Shown here: positions 1 through 10,677 of the stretch, in pieces
How positions within the stretch are numbered: the first letter of the stretch is position 1
Layout of the letters: the number at the start of each line of letters is the position of its first letter
Assembly (NCBI RefSeq): GCF_001194135.2
Contig: NC_068988.1
Location: forward strand, 94,862,954-94,903,266
DNA: 40,313 nucleotides
DNA from: Octopus bimaculoides
Lineage: Eukaryota
Direction of reading: 5' to 3'
Notes under the pieces: generated by a model
Told to the model about the DNA's origin: nothing
What the model saw: only the letters and a program-made list of their open reading frames with translations
Databases searched by the model: none
Position numbers and translations under genes: made by a program

Positions 1-710
1 ATATATATATATATCCTCTCTTATGCGTCTGTGGTCAAACTATAAATGCGTTTCTCTAAAGCGAATTAAACGTGTTGGAGATTTGATGACATTAATAAGA
101 TTACTGATTATTTAGATTAAACTGCCACGTCTAATTAATAAATCTGATACAAGATTAGTTGTCGCTTGTGTTGTTTGCAGAAATTAGATGCAATCTAATT
201 TAGTTAATAATGAAGTGGTTTGAGGAGGCATGCAGCCAATTCTAGTCAAGAAGGGGGAATTGAATCGACCCCAATACATTGTAGATACTGCGTTGTTAAT
301 GCATTGGATAATAAGTCTAAATTGCATCCTTTTTTCTTCTAAGTTCCAATCCATTCTGCTGAGGTCAGCGTCGCTTTGCAACATTCTGAAGTCCATAAAA
401 TATAGAACCCGTCAAAATTTCATACCATCAACACCACCACTTTTATGGTCAACATCATCACCATCACCATTATTATTATCAGAACAGCAAATGCAACAAT
501 AAAAGAATTTTGAAAAAGTGTAACAATGCTACCACCACCACCACCACCACCATCCACATCCTCATCATCAACAACAACAGCAACGAAGCGAAAAATGGTT
601 GTTAGCAAAACGTGCAAGAGTGTCATGAAAATATCTAAATGAGTTGCAATGGAGAAGAGGCGCTCTCTATAAACTATGTATTATATATTATATTATCATA
701 TACTACTAAA

Positions 711-812
711 CTGGTGAGCTGGCAGAATTGTTTGTGTATCGGACAAAATTCTTAGCGGCTATTTTTTTCCAGCTCTTTACGTTCGAATCACGCCGAGATC
801 AACTTTGTCTTT
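711..812 (+). mobile_element. Degenerate tRNA-derived SINE head (same family as 1180-1375)
   Basis: ctggtgagctggcagaattg...cttagcggct...gttcgaatcacgccgagatcaactttgtcttt aligns by eye to the better-preserved copy at 1180; A-box-like and B-box-like (gttcgaatc) motifs are present. Confidence 0.7.
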
Positions 813-1179
813 TGGGTTTGAGGAAATAGAATAACAGTGAAGAACTGTGGTTCGTGTTATCGATCATCACACTTTCCCTAAAATTGATAGACTTATGCCA
901 ATGGTTGAAAAGTATTTATTATTATCATTTCCTTTTGATAGTTTACTCAAGGTTCACCCAGGTGTCTGGTAGTTGTGTCAAAAGGGAATCTTTTTCACCT
1001 AAAGATGCAAACAGGTGAGATGCCGTGCAACAGAAAAATATCTGATGTCTTCGGTAAAGAGAAGTGTTTTTATAAACTGTATATACGTGGAATGTAATTT
1101 GCTTGAAATAAGTGAGGTATCCATAAAACCAGTCTTTTGCAATTCACGTGTTTCAGGGCTGCTAAGAAATAGGTTTACT

Positions 1180-1375
1180 GGCGGCGAGCTGGCAGAATCG
1201 TTTGCACGTCAGGCGAAATGCTTAGCGGTATTTCGTCTGCCGTTACGCTTTGAGTTCAAATTCCGCTGAGGTCGAATTTGCCTTTCATCCTTTCGGGGTC
1301 GATTAAATAAGAACCAGTTACGCACTGGGGTCGATGTAATCGACTTAATCCCTTTGTCTGTCCTTGTTTGTCCCT
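1180..1375 (+). mobile_element. tRNA-derived SINE (octopus OK-like family), near full length
   Basis: Head ggcggcgagctggcagaatcg with B-box gagttcaaattcc, a conserved body (tttgcctttcatcctttcggggtcgat...aataagaaccag) and 3' motif ctggggtcgatgtaatcgact. Homologous copies lie at 711, 4255, 12551 and 15790. Confidence 0.85.
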
Positions 1376-1640
1376 TCTATGGTTAGCTCCTTGTGGGCAA
1401 TAAAGAAATAAGAAACAGTTTTACACATTCGTTTGTTTCTTTTGACATCATTGCAAGGACTCCAAAAATTAATGCCGCATTCAGGTGCCATGTTCTTTTC
1501 ATATCTATTTCCAAAACCGTTTTTGGCATCAACGAGAACACGTGTCTGTTCAATATAAATTGCTACAATGAGATCTTGTCAGTTAACCTGTATTTCCCGA
1601 TCAGTCTGAACACTGAAATTCCAAACAGCAGCAACTCCAG

Positions 1641-1784
1641 CTCAGAGAGATTTGTGCAGTAGCAGCACGATAATGTGATAGTATGTTGTCAATGTGACAG
1701 TCCCATGAAAGGGGAGAATGCTACTATTATTTAGCCCTAGGAAACACCGTTTCCTAGGGCTAAATAACAGTAGGGCTAAATAAC
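1641..1784 (+). repeat. Unnamed interspersed repeat copy A with terminal fold-back hairpin
   Basis: 1641-1753 is the reverse complement of 5851-5968 (roughly 85-90% identical by eye, one 5-nt indel). 1722-1745 and 1749-1772 form a 24-bp inverted repeat with 1 mismatch and a 3-nt loop. Confidence 0.8.
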
Positions 1785-1799
1785 TGCTCTGTCATGTCA

Positions 1800-2460
1800 T
1801 TACAGTATTCTGATTGTGCCAGTCGATCGCTTCAGTCACACTACGAAAGATTGGTTCAATTAAGCCGTAATATTTGTAACTCCTATTCAACATGATCTTC
1901 CGTAATAATAGGATTCTCAGATCATGAGCTGATGTAATCGCGCTGATTAAATTTAAATCGAATATAACATCGTCACTCCAGGCAATCTTTGGTGGAAAGT
2001 GTGCGTATTTATAAGTGTCCCTCATAAAACCTCCGCTCATTTCACTGAGAAGACAATTCTTTTCGAATGTCAGCACTTCAATATGCAATGGACGCTTGTT
2101 CTTGAAATTCCAGTCTCGTGACTCACTTACTTCACACATTTTCTTGAATTCTAGCAATGCATTTCAGGTACCTTTCCTTGTTTTGTGGGACTCGTAGATA
2201 GGTGCGATTTTCGGGAATGTTTCTTGTGGACATTCGGAATAGTTCCATCTGCTGCAAACTTATCTCCATTTCGAACGATGGTAAGTCTTGGAGGTGGAAC
2301 TGTTTTAAGCCGCTACACGGTCTTAGCATTTCAACAGCATTATCAAACTTCCAATATCTTTTTACGATAAAAATCCTTTGTTCGGTTCCTTTCATTATTT
2401 CTGAGAAGTTAAACCTAAAACGAAATGAAAATAATGTGAGCTATCAGCTGTTCAAAGCGT
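1800..2460 (-). mobile_element. Decayed Tc1/mariner-superfamily transposase (DUF4817-type HTH N-terminus to start of DDE domain)
   Basis: Frameshift-joined translation gives MKGTEQRIFIVKRYWKFDNAVE / PPPRLTIVRNGDKFAADGTIPNVHKKHSRKS / NSRKCVK*VSHETGISRTSVHCILK / AHFPPKIAWSDDVIFDLN / ENP / GLIEPIF. This matches the typical EQR..ILK.YW, PPTRLTI..I.DKF..DGTV, WSDE and GLIGPFF motifs. It has several stops and frameshifts and is truncated at the 3' end. Confidence 0.85.
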
Positions 2461-2484
2461 GTATATTTAGAACATTACATACTT

Positions 2485-2488
<4 letters not shown>

Positions 2489-2562
<74 letters not shown>
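2489..2562. repeat. (CA)n microsatellite
   Basis: Directly visible perfect CA run. Confidence 0.98.
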
Positions 2563-2565
<3 letters not shown>

Positions 2566-2962
2566 TATATATATATATCCGAAGACGACTAAGTCAGTAA
2601 ACTCTCCCTCTGCACTGACAACAATCAGCATAGAGTTTTGCTATAAAATTAACAAAAATTCTAACCACTCCGTCTATGATCATGAAAAATGTTGTCGGCA
2701 ACATTAAAAGGAGAAAAATGCCCACCACCCTGCAACCCCACACTCAACAATCGTTTAACCGTGCGACCCATTAGAACAATGACGGGCGCATTAGTGCATT
2801 AAATGAGGGTTAATTACACTAGCTTTTGAGATGAGGTGAAAAAGCCATTAACAGGTGGAGAGATCTTTTGACTTAGGGACTGGAAAGGCGAGATGCGGTG
2901 TTCATGCCTTTCACAAGACTGGCATAAGCAACAGTAAAGAGCTTATTGACTTTGTCATGGTT

Positions 2963-3007
<45 letters not shown>

Positions 3008-3208
3008 GTACTCGTGCGCATACACACATACACGTATGTACGTGTGATTATGAGACAGTTGTCGTTGTGTGTATATAGCTCCAGAAATATCTTTCTCTTT
3101 GTATGAATCATAATCGAATCGGATATGTAGTTGACATTAATACTACAAATAATATGAGAAGTTACCTATTTAGCAATTGATGCTGTCAGTGTTACTGCTT
3201 CTGATTTT

Positions 3209-3300
3209 GCTGCTGCTGCCGTCGCTGCTGCTGCCGCCGCTGCTGCTGCTGCCGCCGCTGCTGCTGTTGATGGCGAAGACGACGGAGGCGGTGGTGGTAG
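3209..3300. repeat. Degenerate GCT/GCC/GGT triplet tract
   Basis: gctgctgctgccgtcgctgctgctgccgcc... followed by ggcggtggtggt. No splice signals or flanking coding support. Confidence 0.85.
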
Positions 3301-3492
3301 CCATGGGAATAATGATGAACTAGCATCCAATAAGCCTCTAAGTTGTTTTCCCTCTTTAAAAATACGACTATCCTCCTTCTACTTTCCATACATGTATGCC
3401 TGTATGTGTGTGTACTTGTGTATATACATATATTCACACATACACATGCATATACATACACACATATATAAATATATGTATATGTATATATG

Positions 3493-3534
<42 letters not shown>

Positions 3535-3949
3535 CATACATGCATAGATACATACATACACGTATACATACATATCTCAATAGATACAATACATGCATAT
3601 ACTATTATTTTTAGTATTAGCAGCATAGTTTCAGCGCAAGCTGTACCAGTCAGTATCGATCCTCCAGTTTGGTAGGTTTTTGCCGTAAAACGAATACTGA
3701 ACTTAAGATGTAACTAACATCAAAGTCTACAGAACGTATCATTCCATCACATTTATTGGTGATTTATGTTGCATGACATCTATAATAATAACATTTTACA
3801 GTTGAACATCTATCGCTGCAATCTCCTGTTACGGCTGAGATCAAACAAGATTAGCCAGTCTCCTGTATCAACATGAAAACGGACCATTTCATTCGGTAAC
3901 TATGATAGAGCTAACATTCGCTTTATCTCTCAGTCTTTCTATTCTTCAG

Positions 3950-3982
3950 ACCCACCTTTCACAATAAATGAAACGGAAAGAA
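3950..3982 (+). CDS. Candidate 33-nt symmetric (phase 1-1) microexon, peptide xPPFTINETERx; host gene unidentified
   Basis: Branch-point-like CTAAC at 3911-3915, pyrimidine tract, acceptor ttcttcag|, donor AA|gtaagt. Only phase 1 is stop-free. Confidence 0.4.
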
Positions 3983-4254
3983 GTAAGTTATTCTTTTTTC
4001 TTTATTATTTCATTGTTATTTTTTTATTTGGTGTTATTTTTTTTTAAACAAAATGTTTCTTGTAAATCGCCGAGATAGCAAATTATATAATTACACGAGT
4101 CAGTTGGGCAAGTGGAAGTGTATAGAATATCTTCTTCGATGCTGACCTCGTCGTTCTTGAGAATAGCTTTTGTTTGAAGCGAACCACTAATCAGTCGTTC
4201 ACGAACTATGCATATAATATCGATTTTCAACATAGGCAAAATGTCATACACATT

Positions 4255-4400
4255 TTTGGGGTAGCAGGGTCAGAATCGATTAACAACGAACAACAGTTTA
4301 TAACTGGTACCTCGTTGTAGTCAACCGCCGGAAGTATGAAGAATAACATTGACTTCGGCGATATTTGAACTCAACATCATTAGAATCGTAACCCAAGCAT
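4255..4400 (-). mobile_element. Old degenerate OK-like SINE
   Basis: aactggtacct...gaagtatgaagaataacattgacttcggcgatatttgaactca is a diverged reverse complement of the 1180 copy body and B-box. Confidence 0.6.
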
Positions 4401-5742
4401 TATGCTCAATACTGTGGCGCATAATCTAGGAATTTGGTTTTGCATTCGTAAATTTTATTCAAATAGAATAATTTCTGATCCAGAGTCATTTTTGTCTTGT
4501 TTACCTAACGGAACCTAACAAGACCTTTGTCTCCTTCGAAAATGGTGTCTTCATTTTGTTTCTTTCATTCCAAAATAGCACAAAAGTCAATTTAAGAGAC
4601 AAAGCTAATTTCATTTTAAACTTGTTATTATTTTATTAAAACAAATAAAAAAAGCAATATAATAATCCGTAATTAATGTTCATTCACAAAATTTTGATAA
4701 TCACTCAGTATAAACATTTCCCCGCACTTTTAGTTTTATTTTGCTGATAATAAAGCAAAATTTCTCAGGTAGAATAAAGTGACGACTTTACCCTTGTTAT
4801 TTATTTGGGTTCTTTTTTTTTTAGGTCAATCTGTATTTGTTAGACAATATTTACTGGAAAATGATGTTGTTTGACCGCTGCACTCTTACTCTGTCCACGA
4901 ACAATAACTAAAAAAAAGGCATCTTTATACGAGTGGAAGTAAGTCCCGTGTCAGCCAACAGATGTAAAAATCTCCAAGTCGTGACGAACGTAAAGATCAC
5001 CAAATTGTCGATATTCGTTGAAGCTTGTTTGTTTGTTTATTTACTTATTATTTGACATATTTGTTTTCATTTGGTTTCATGTTTTCTTTAAAGTCAAATG
5101 CTATCTTTCTTCCTCTCATGTATTCTACTCACACAGATTGTGTACACCTGGCCACGAGAAACAGATGTGTTTGTCTTCAAGAAACAACCAGGTTCTGCAA
5201 AGTGAAGTTTGTTTCACAAAGTCAAGAAGACATCGACGTTACAGCATTATCGCTGTCAAAAGTTCATGTAAAATAAGGGCAAAACAACAAGACGGGAGCC
5301 CCTAGAAAGCCAAGTTCACAGAACGGTTTCAATTCTACATTGAAACAATTACTCTTCTCTTACAATTTAGTATATGTTGTGGCAAGCTGTGAGAAAAGAG
5401 TAATTGCGTTCCACCAAAATGAAACCCATATGTTATATTCATTTAATATGAAGTTTCTTAATCTGGACTAAAAGTTTATGCATGTAGTCGTTGACAGGAT
5501 TTAGAGAGCTGAGATAGGTGTAATCTATTCCAGATTGAACTGATTTCACATTAATATATTTCATTGATTCTTCTGAAAATAGAAGAAGACTCGATAACTG
5601 TAATCGGGCTAGGGAAGATTGTGATTTGAAGTTGAGAGCATAAATTTCTGCAGGTTGAGTTTTGTATTCATTTGTAACTCTTGACTATAGGAAAATTATC
5701 AGTATTTTACAGTATTTGGTTTTTTAAGTCAATACAATTCTT

Positions 5743-5968
5743 AAAGTGATGGTATGTTGTCAACTTAATGCGATGCTGGCTTTGTTGGGTGGAAGTGCTT
5801 ATCTCGCCTTTGAAAACATAAAGACACAGGAAATGTGTCAAGGTCAACAAGAAACGGTGCTTCCTAGGGCTAAATAACAGTAGCATTCTTCCCTTTCGTG
5901 GGACTGTCACATTAAGTTGACAACATACCATCACTTTATCGTGTTGCTACTGTATAAATCTCTCTGAG
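5743..5968 (-). repeat. Unnamed interspersed repeat copy B, with internal perfect 28-bp inverted repeat
   Basis: 5851-5968 is the reverse complement of 1641-1753. 5743-5770 (aaagtgatggtatgttgtcaacttaatg) is the exact reverse complement of 5910-5937. Confidence 0.8.
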
Positions 5969-6199
5969 AGATTTAAAAATGTATTATTTCGATCAATACA
6001 TTTCTTGTTTAGGAAAAACATCTATCACAAATTCTACCTACAAACTTCGGATTTGAACTCTGTTCGATAGATTACCAAATCACTCATTCCATTTTAGTGC
6101 TACTTATTTACAGCTTAGTCTGGGATATTCCGAGATACATTATGTTGCAAGGGCGTATCACGCAGACGTGAGCAGTCGATATATCCAAGTGCCAACTTC

Positions 6200-7860
6200 A
6201 CATCCTGTTGGCTATGTCAGTGTTTCTCTTAAAGGAATTCTGTGACGACTGAAAAGCTCTGACAAACTGTCATGTTTAATAAACTTCACATGAGTTTAAA
6301 TTTGTTAAAGTTGCCCAACACAATGGCGGAAAACGGACTGTATGGATGCAAACTCTATTCTCTATTTTCATTAATAAAGGAGGTGACATCCAAATACTTT
6401 ATGAATATTTTCTGGAATGCAGGAGATGAGCTGGTAATTGTCAGTTTAGAAGCCACTGGACTGTATCAGTAATGGCTCACAATGCACATGTAAAAAAATA
6501 GAATGGTGACGTATACATTTACACAATCGATCAGTAGTGAAGCTATGCGTTTAAAGTTAGATGGCGTTGATTCTTGATGGATGCTTCGAAGAGAAGATCG
6601 TCAAACTACAACCCTCAACAATTTATCTTTCGGTCAGATTTTTCTTAATTTTCTCTCGATACAATTTCCGTGGATACTTTTGTTGTTTAGTTCCAGTCGA
6701 ACAGATTTTTTATCAATGGCACTTGAGGCACGAGTATCCCGTCTTTTACTTGCGCCACAATTTATTTGCTACTTTAGCCATTTTCAATCTCAAATTATTT
6801 TCACAACTCCAGGATGTATCGAACCTGTGTTTACTTTGGTAGGGATGGCTATAAGTGGAGGAGAGAACTTCTTTCTTTAATAAGATTAGATTTGAGCGAA
6901 GAATATCTCAAGCTGTACATTGTTAGAGATAAGTAGAATGACCAATTGTATGTTCTTATTAAGTGGTGTGTCTGCTTGGAAATACGTCTTCTGCCCAGAT
7001 GAGAATAAATTGACAGGATGTTGACGAAGTCTTTTATGAAATTACAGATTAATAGTTTGAGATGTTTTAAGTTAAATGCGGTGTACGTAATTAAAGGCAG
7101 ATGTAGTTGAAAGATGGTTAAATGCACCTTTTGATGAAAGTTATGCTTTTGTGGCTATTTCTAGATAAAAGGATTGATCTGGTAAAAGTGTTGGCCACGG
7201 TCAGAACATGGCTTCGATTACAATATACGAACTCCCGACCACTTGATCGATTGTTTTTATCTACGAAATACAGTCGTACGAATTGTAAGTGCGATATTCG
7301 TTATTCTGATTAGAATTGATTATGTTAAGTGGGAGATGTTGGCACTTTAGAAGTCCATGAAAGCTATGATGTAAAATATTGCATCGAGCAGGTATTTTTG
7401 CATTGTTCTACAGCTACAGATAGAAGACTTAAAGTAATTTATGAAGAAGATCTTCAGCACGTGATATATTCAAAAACAAGAAAATCTCGCTACCGAGAAG
7501 ACGGTGCTTAATTACGTGAAATCTCAGCCCTTTAAAGAAATTTTCCCTTTTGTCGTTGTATCCAGATTTCCCAAAGAAATTTATATGCCAACATTGGCTA
7601 AATATTCAACATATCATTGAAACAATTTAGTGAAACTATAAAAAATTAATGTTGACAAGAGCAAACTATGCTGAAACAACATAAAAAAAATCGGTAAAAA
7701 AGGTTACTCATTATCAGCAGCACATTGGAGTGACAACAAAAGGAATATGCCAGGACAGTGTTCAAATCAAGAATGTAATGATATACTCATGGGTTGTTCG
7801 TCTAAAGCTTTATTTATCTCTTTACTCACAGTTGTAGTTTCCCTTAAGTATTAACTGTAG
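6200..7860 (+). pseudogene. Possible heavily decayed intronless coding relic of unknown family (N-terminal part CARD/death-fold-like by eye)
   Basis: About 1.7 kb free of microsatellites and SINEs, yielding successive protein-like peptides across stops and frameshifts: KRTVWMQTLFSIFINKGGDIQILYEYFLECRR; RDGYKWRRELLSLIRLDLSEEYLKLYIVRDK; DVVERWLNAPFDESYAFVAISR; DVKYCIEQVFLHCSTATDRRLKVIYEEDLQHVIY; YSLSAAHWSDNKRNMPGQC. Confidence 0.3.
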
Positions 7861-7929
7861 AACCTATTTATGTTTTCCAGAAAGAAGTATGACAACTCGG
7901 AAGAAACTTGAAGAATAAGTAAGGGAATG

Positions 7930-8072
7930 AAGAGGAGGAGAAGAAGAAGAAGAAGAAGAAGAAGAAGAAGAAGAAGAAGAAGAAGAAGAAGAAGAAGAAG
8001 AAGAAGAAGAAGAAGAAGAAGAAGAAGAAGAAGAAGAAGAAGAAGAAGAAGAAGAAGAAGAAGAAGAAGAAG
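7930..8072. repeat. (GAA)n polypurine microsatellite
   Basis: Long, nearly perfect GAA run. Confidence 0.98.
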
Positions 8073-8217
8073 ATCTGGAGAAAAGTAGAAAACTCTAAAA
8101 ACTGATTGAAAACAAAAACAGCAGTCTCCAAAGGAAGAAAATGGAGCGCAAAAGATATTTTTCAAACCTGAAGCACCTGTGAATATATCAGTTGATGTGA
8201 ATCATATAGAGATGTTC

Positions 8218-8266
<49 letters not shown>

Positions 8267-8311
8267 NNNNNNNNNNNNNNNNNNNNNNNNNNNNNNNNNN
8301 NNNNNNNNNNN

Positions 8312-8362
<51 letters not shown>

Positions 8363-8699
8363 TTGTAAAATTAACATCTCTTGGGTATGATAAATCATTT
8401 CTATGCCAGTTTCGATGCATCCATAGCTCTCTATCCCAGCAAATTGCTAACATATTCAATATGCTGTGTTATTTTTGACATATTTATCATAAATACACCA
8501 AAATTATTTAATAACAAACAGAGGCCTAGCAATCTAGGCTTGAGTTTTATTTTTTAAAAAGAATTCAAGAAATAAATGTGTGAATTAAGAAAACAATTAA
8601 CTTTATTAATTAGGTTGCTGTCGAAGTTGCTTAGCCCCAGGTCAGACCTGAGCTGAGCTGATCTATGTTTAAAATATCTCGATCCTTGATAATCCTGTT

Positions 8700-10310
8700 T
8701 CGTCTTCAGACGCATTATCTAATGTACCATCTTTAAGAAGTTAAGTTACATTTTAGAGGATGTATAAATTGCAAAGCGGCTGAGAAAACAAATTCATAAT
8801 TATTTGGTAAGAATCACTACTGAAACTAGCTGCAGGGAATTATGTAGTGTAAAAGAATGATAGTATTGCTGAAGACTTGGTCGCAGAATTCATTTGTGGT
8901 ATATTTCAACCAATAAAAGTTCACTTTTCCTTTTGATTGTGAAAAATTCTGAAGAGAAAATTTGCAATCTCACCCATTCGAATTTGGGTTTTAATCTGGA
9001 AAATGGTATAATGGGACCCGTCAAATTTCAGTTACGTACAAGAGGGCACCTTTTGTTATATTAAGCCGAGTCACCAGAACACAGCGGAATTCCGATTTCA
9101 AAACTTTATTATATTTTAACTTTCAATGGTATAATGTTTCTAAAGTGAGTCTCCGTAATGCAGGAACTTGGAGGTGTAGCAAGGAACCGCTTCATAGCTG
9201 TATGGTTCCGCGTTCGAACCTGATGCGCAGTACATTGCTCAAGTGTCGTTGTTGCTGTGGTGGTCGCGGCGGTGGTGGTGGTGGTGGTGGTTCGGTCTAT
9301 CTGTCTGTGACGGCGAGACGTATCCTTTGGGTCTCCTGGATCGCCCCTAATAATGAGAATGAAAGATTTGCATGTCCCATCTCCTGGTATCGCCCTAGGA
9401 CTGACAATTTCCATGATTTTTCGTTGCTAATTTTGTTCCTTCAGAATTTCCGTACGAAAACCTTTGAAATAGACTTCCCACATCATTTTAGAAATTCTTC
9501 CATAATATTTTATATGTCCTGAAGTCCAACCTCATAAATTTCAATGTTTTGGGCATTTTAAAAGTGCTGAAGCTAATGACAGCTCCCACTGTTTCAATGC
9601 TTCCGTTGAGATGGATGCTTTTGGTGGTGGTGGTGGTGGTGGCGTATTTGTCTCTGATGTGGTGCCGGTTTCAGTGATACTGGCGAAGTTGTGCGGCTCG
9701 TTCACAGCGTTCTTTTTTTGCATTTTTTTTTTCTGTTTGTCTGGCTGTCTCTCGTTGTCTCGTTGTCATATGATATTTCCACATCAGAAAAATCCGATCC
9801 GCAAGGGAAGAGTGCAGGTAAGTTTGAGCGTGTGTGTGACTGTGAGTGTTTGAAAGAAGTTATGGAGGCGCGTTTGGTTGGATATTTACCTGGGTGGCGG
9901 ATTAAGATTGTGTTGAGGGCGTCGTTACTGTTGTTGCTGGTTTCGCTCTTCCTGTTCTTGTTTTTATTGGTACTGTTGTGTGTCGACCCTATTACCTTTG
10001 CTTCTGTTGCTGCTAGTATTACTGCTGTAAATCATGGATACTTTTGGATTTGTAAAGTGGAAGGGAAACCTCCCTTCTTCTGCTTCTTTTTACAACAAAT
10101 ATCTCTGAAGTTGCTTCAACCGCGAAACACGCAGATTCATTCCTCTGAGCAAAGGAATCAGGGATCCTTTCCGCCTTCTCCGGCCTGGTCATGAGGGAAT
10201 TTTTCCACTGCAGTAGTAGATCACAACTTCCACTTTCTTCGTTACCACTTTCATTCGAAATGACACAAGTTAACACCCCGCTAGATGTCATACCGAGAGG
10301 GAGCACAACC
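8700..10310 (-). mobile_element. Probable ancient non-LTR retrotransposon relic (L1/Tx1-like ORF1 plus APE endonuclease start)
   Basis: The minus strand is A/C-rich. Peptides GHIKYYGRISKMMWEVYFKGFRTE and IPGDGTCKSFILIIRGDP resemble the ORF1 YG.V..i..e..G..t and IP..i...v.i.G.P patterns. A Thr-rich linker follows, then QVRTRNHTAMKRFLATPPSSCITETHF (APE C.QETH-like), KGALLYV (GGVxIxV-like) and LLVEIYH. Many stops; boundaries are approximate. Confidence 0.45.
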
Positions 10311-10441
10311 TTGAGGTGACAGCTTCCCTTCCCTGAATACTTTTGTTAATTATAGGAGCTATAGATTACAACAGCGCGAAGAAAACTGCCATACTCCCGG
10401 TTCTTCTAGCTCGCCACCTTGATGGTGATGATGATTATGGG

Positions 10442-10677
10442 AGAAGAAGAAGAAGAAGAAGAAGAAGAAGAAGAAGAAGAAGAAGAAGAAGAAGAAGAAG
10501 AAGAAGAAAAAAAGAAGAAGAAGAAGAAGAAGAAGAAGAAGAAGAAGAAGAAGAAGAAGAAGAAGAAGAAGAAGAAGGAGAAGGAGAAGAAGAAGAAGAA
10601 GAAGAAGAAGAAGAAGAAGAAGAAGAAGAAGAAGAAGAAGAAGAAGAAGAAGAAGAAGAAGAAGAAGAAGAAGAAGA
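10442..10677. repeat. (GAA)n polypurine microsatellite, ~235 bp, two interruptions
   Basis: GAA run with an A-slip near 10507 and GGA variants near 10578-10586. Confidence 0.98.

Noticed and set aside
3192-3626. Poly-Q/R (minus) or poly-A/G (plus) protein
   Set aside because: A triplet repeat embedded next to TA/CA microsatellite, with no credible exon boundaries.
4825-4937. Exon candidate between a strong acceptor (ttttag|) and a gtaagt donor
   Set aside because: Stops occur in all three phases.
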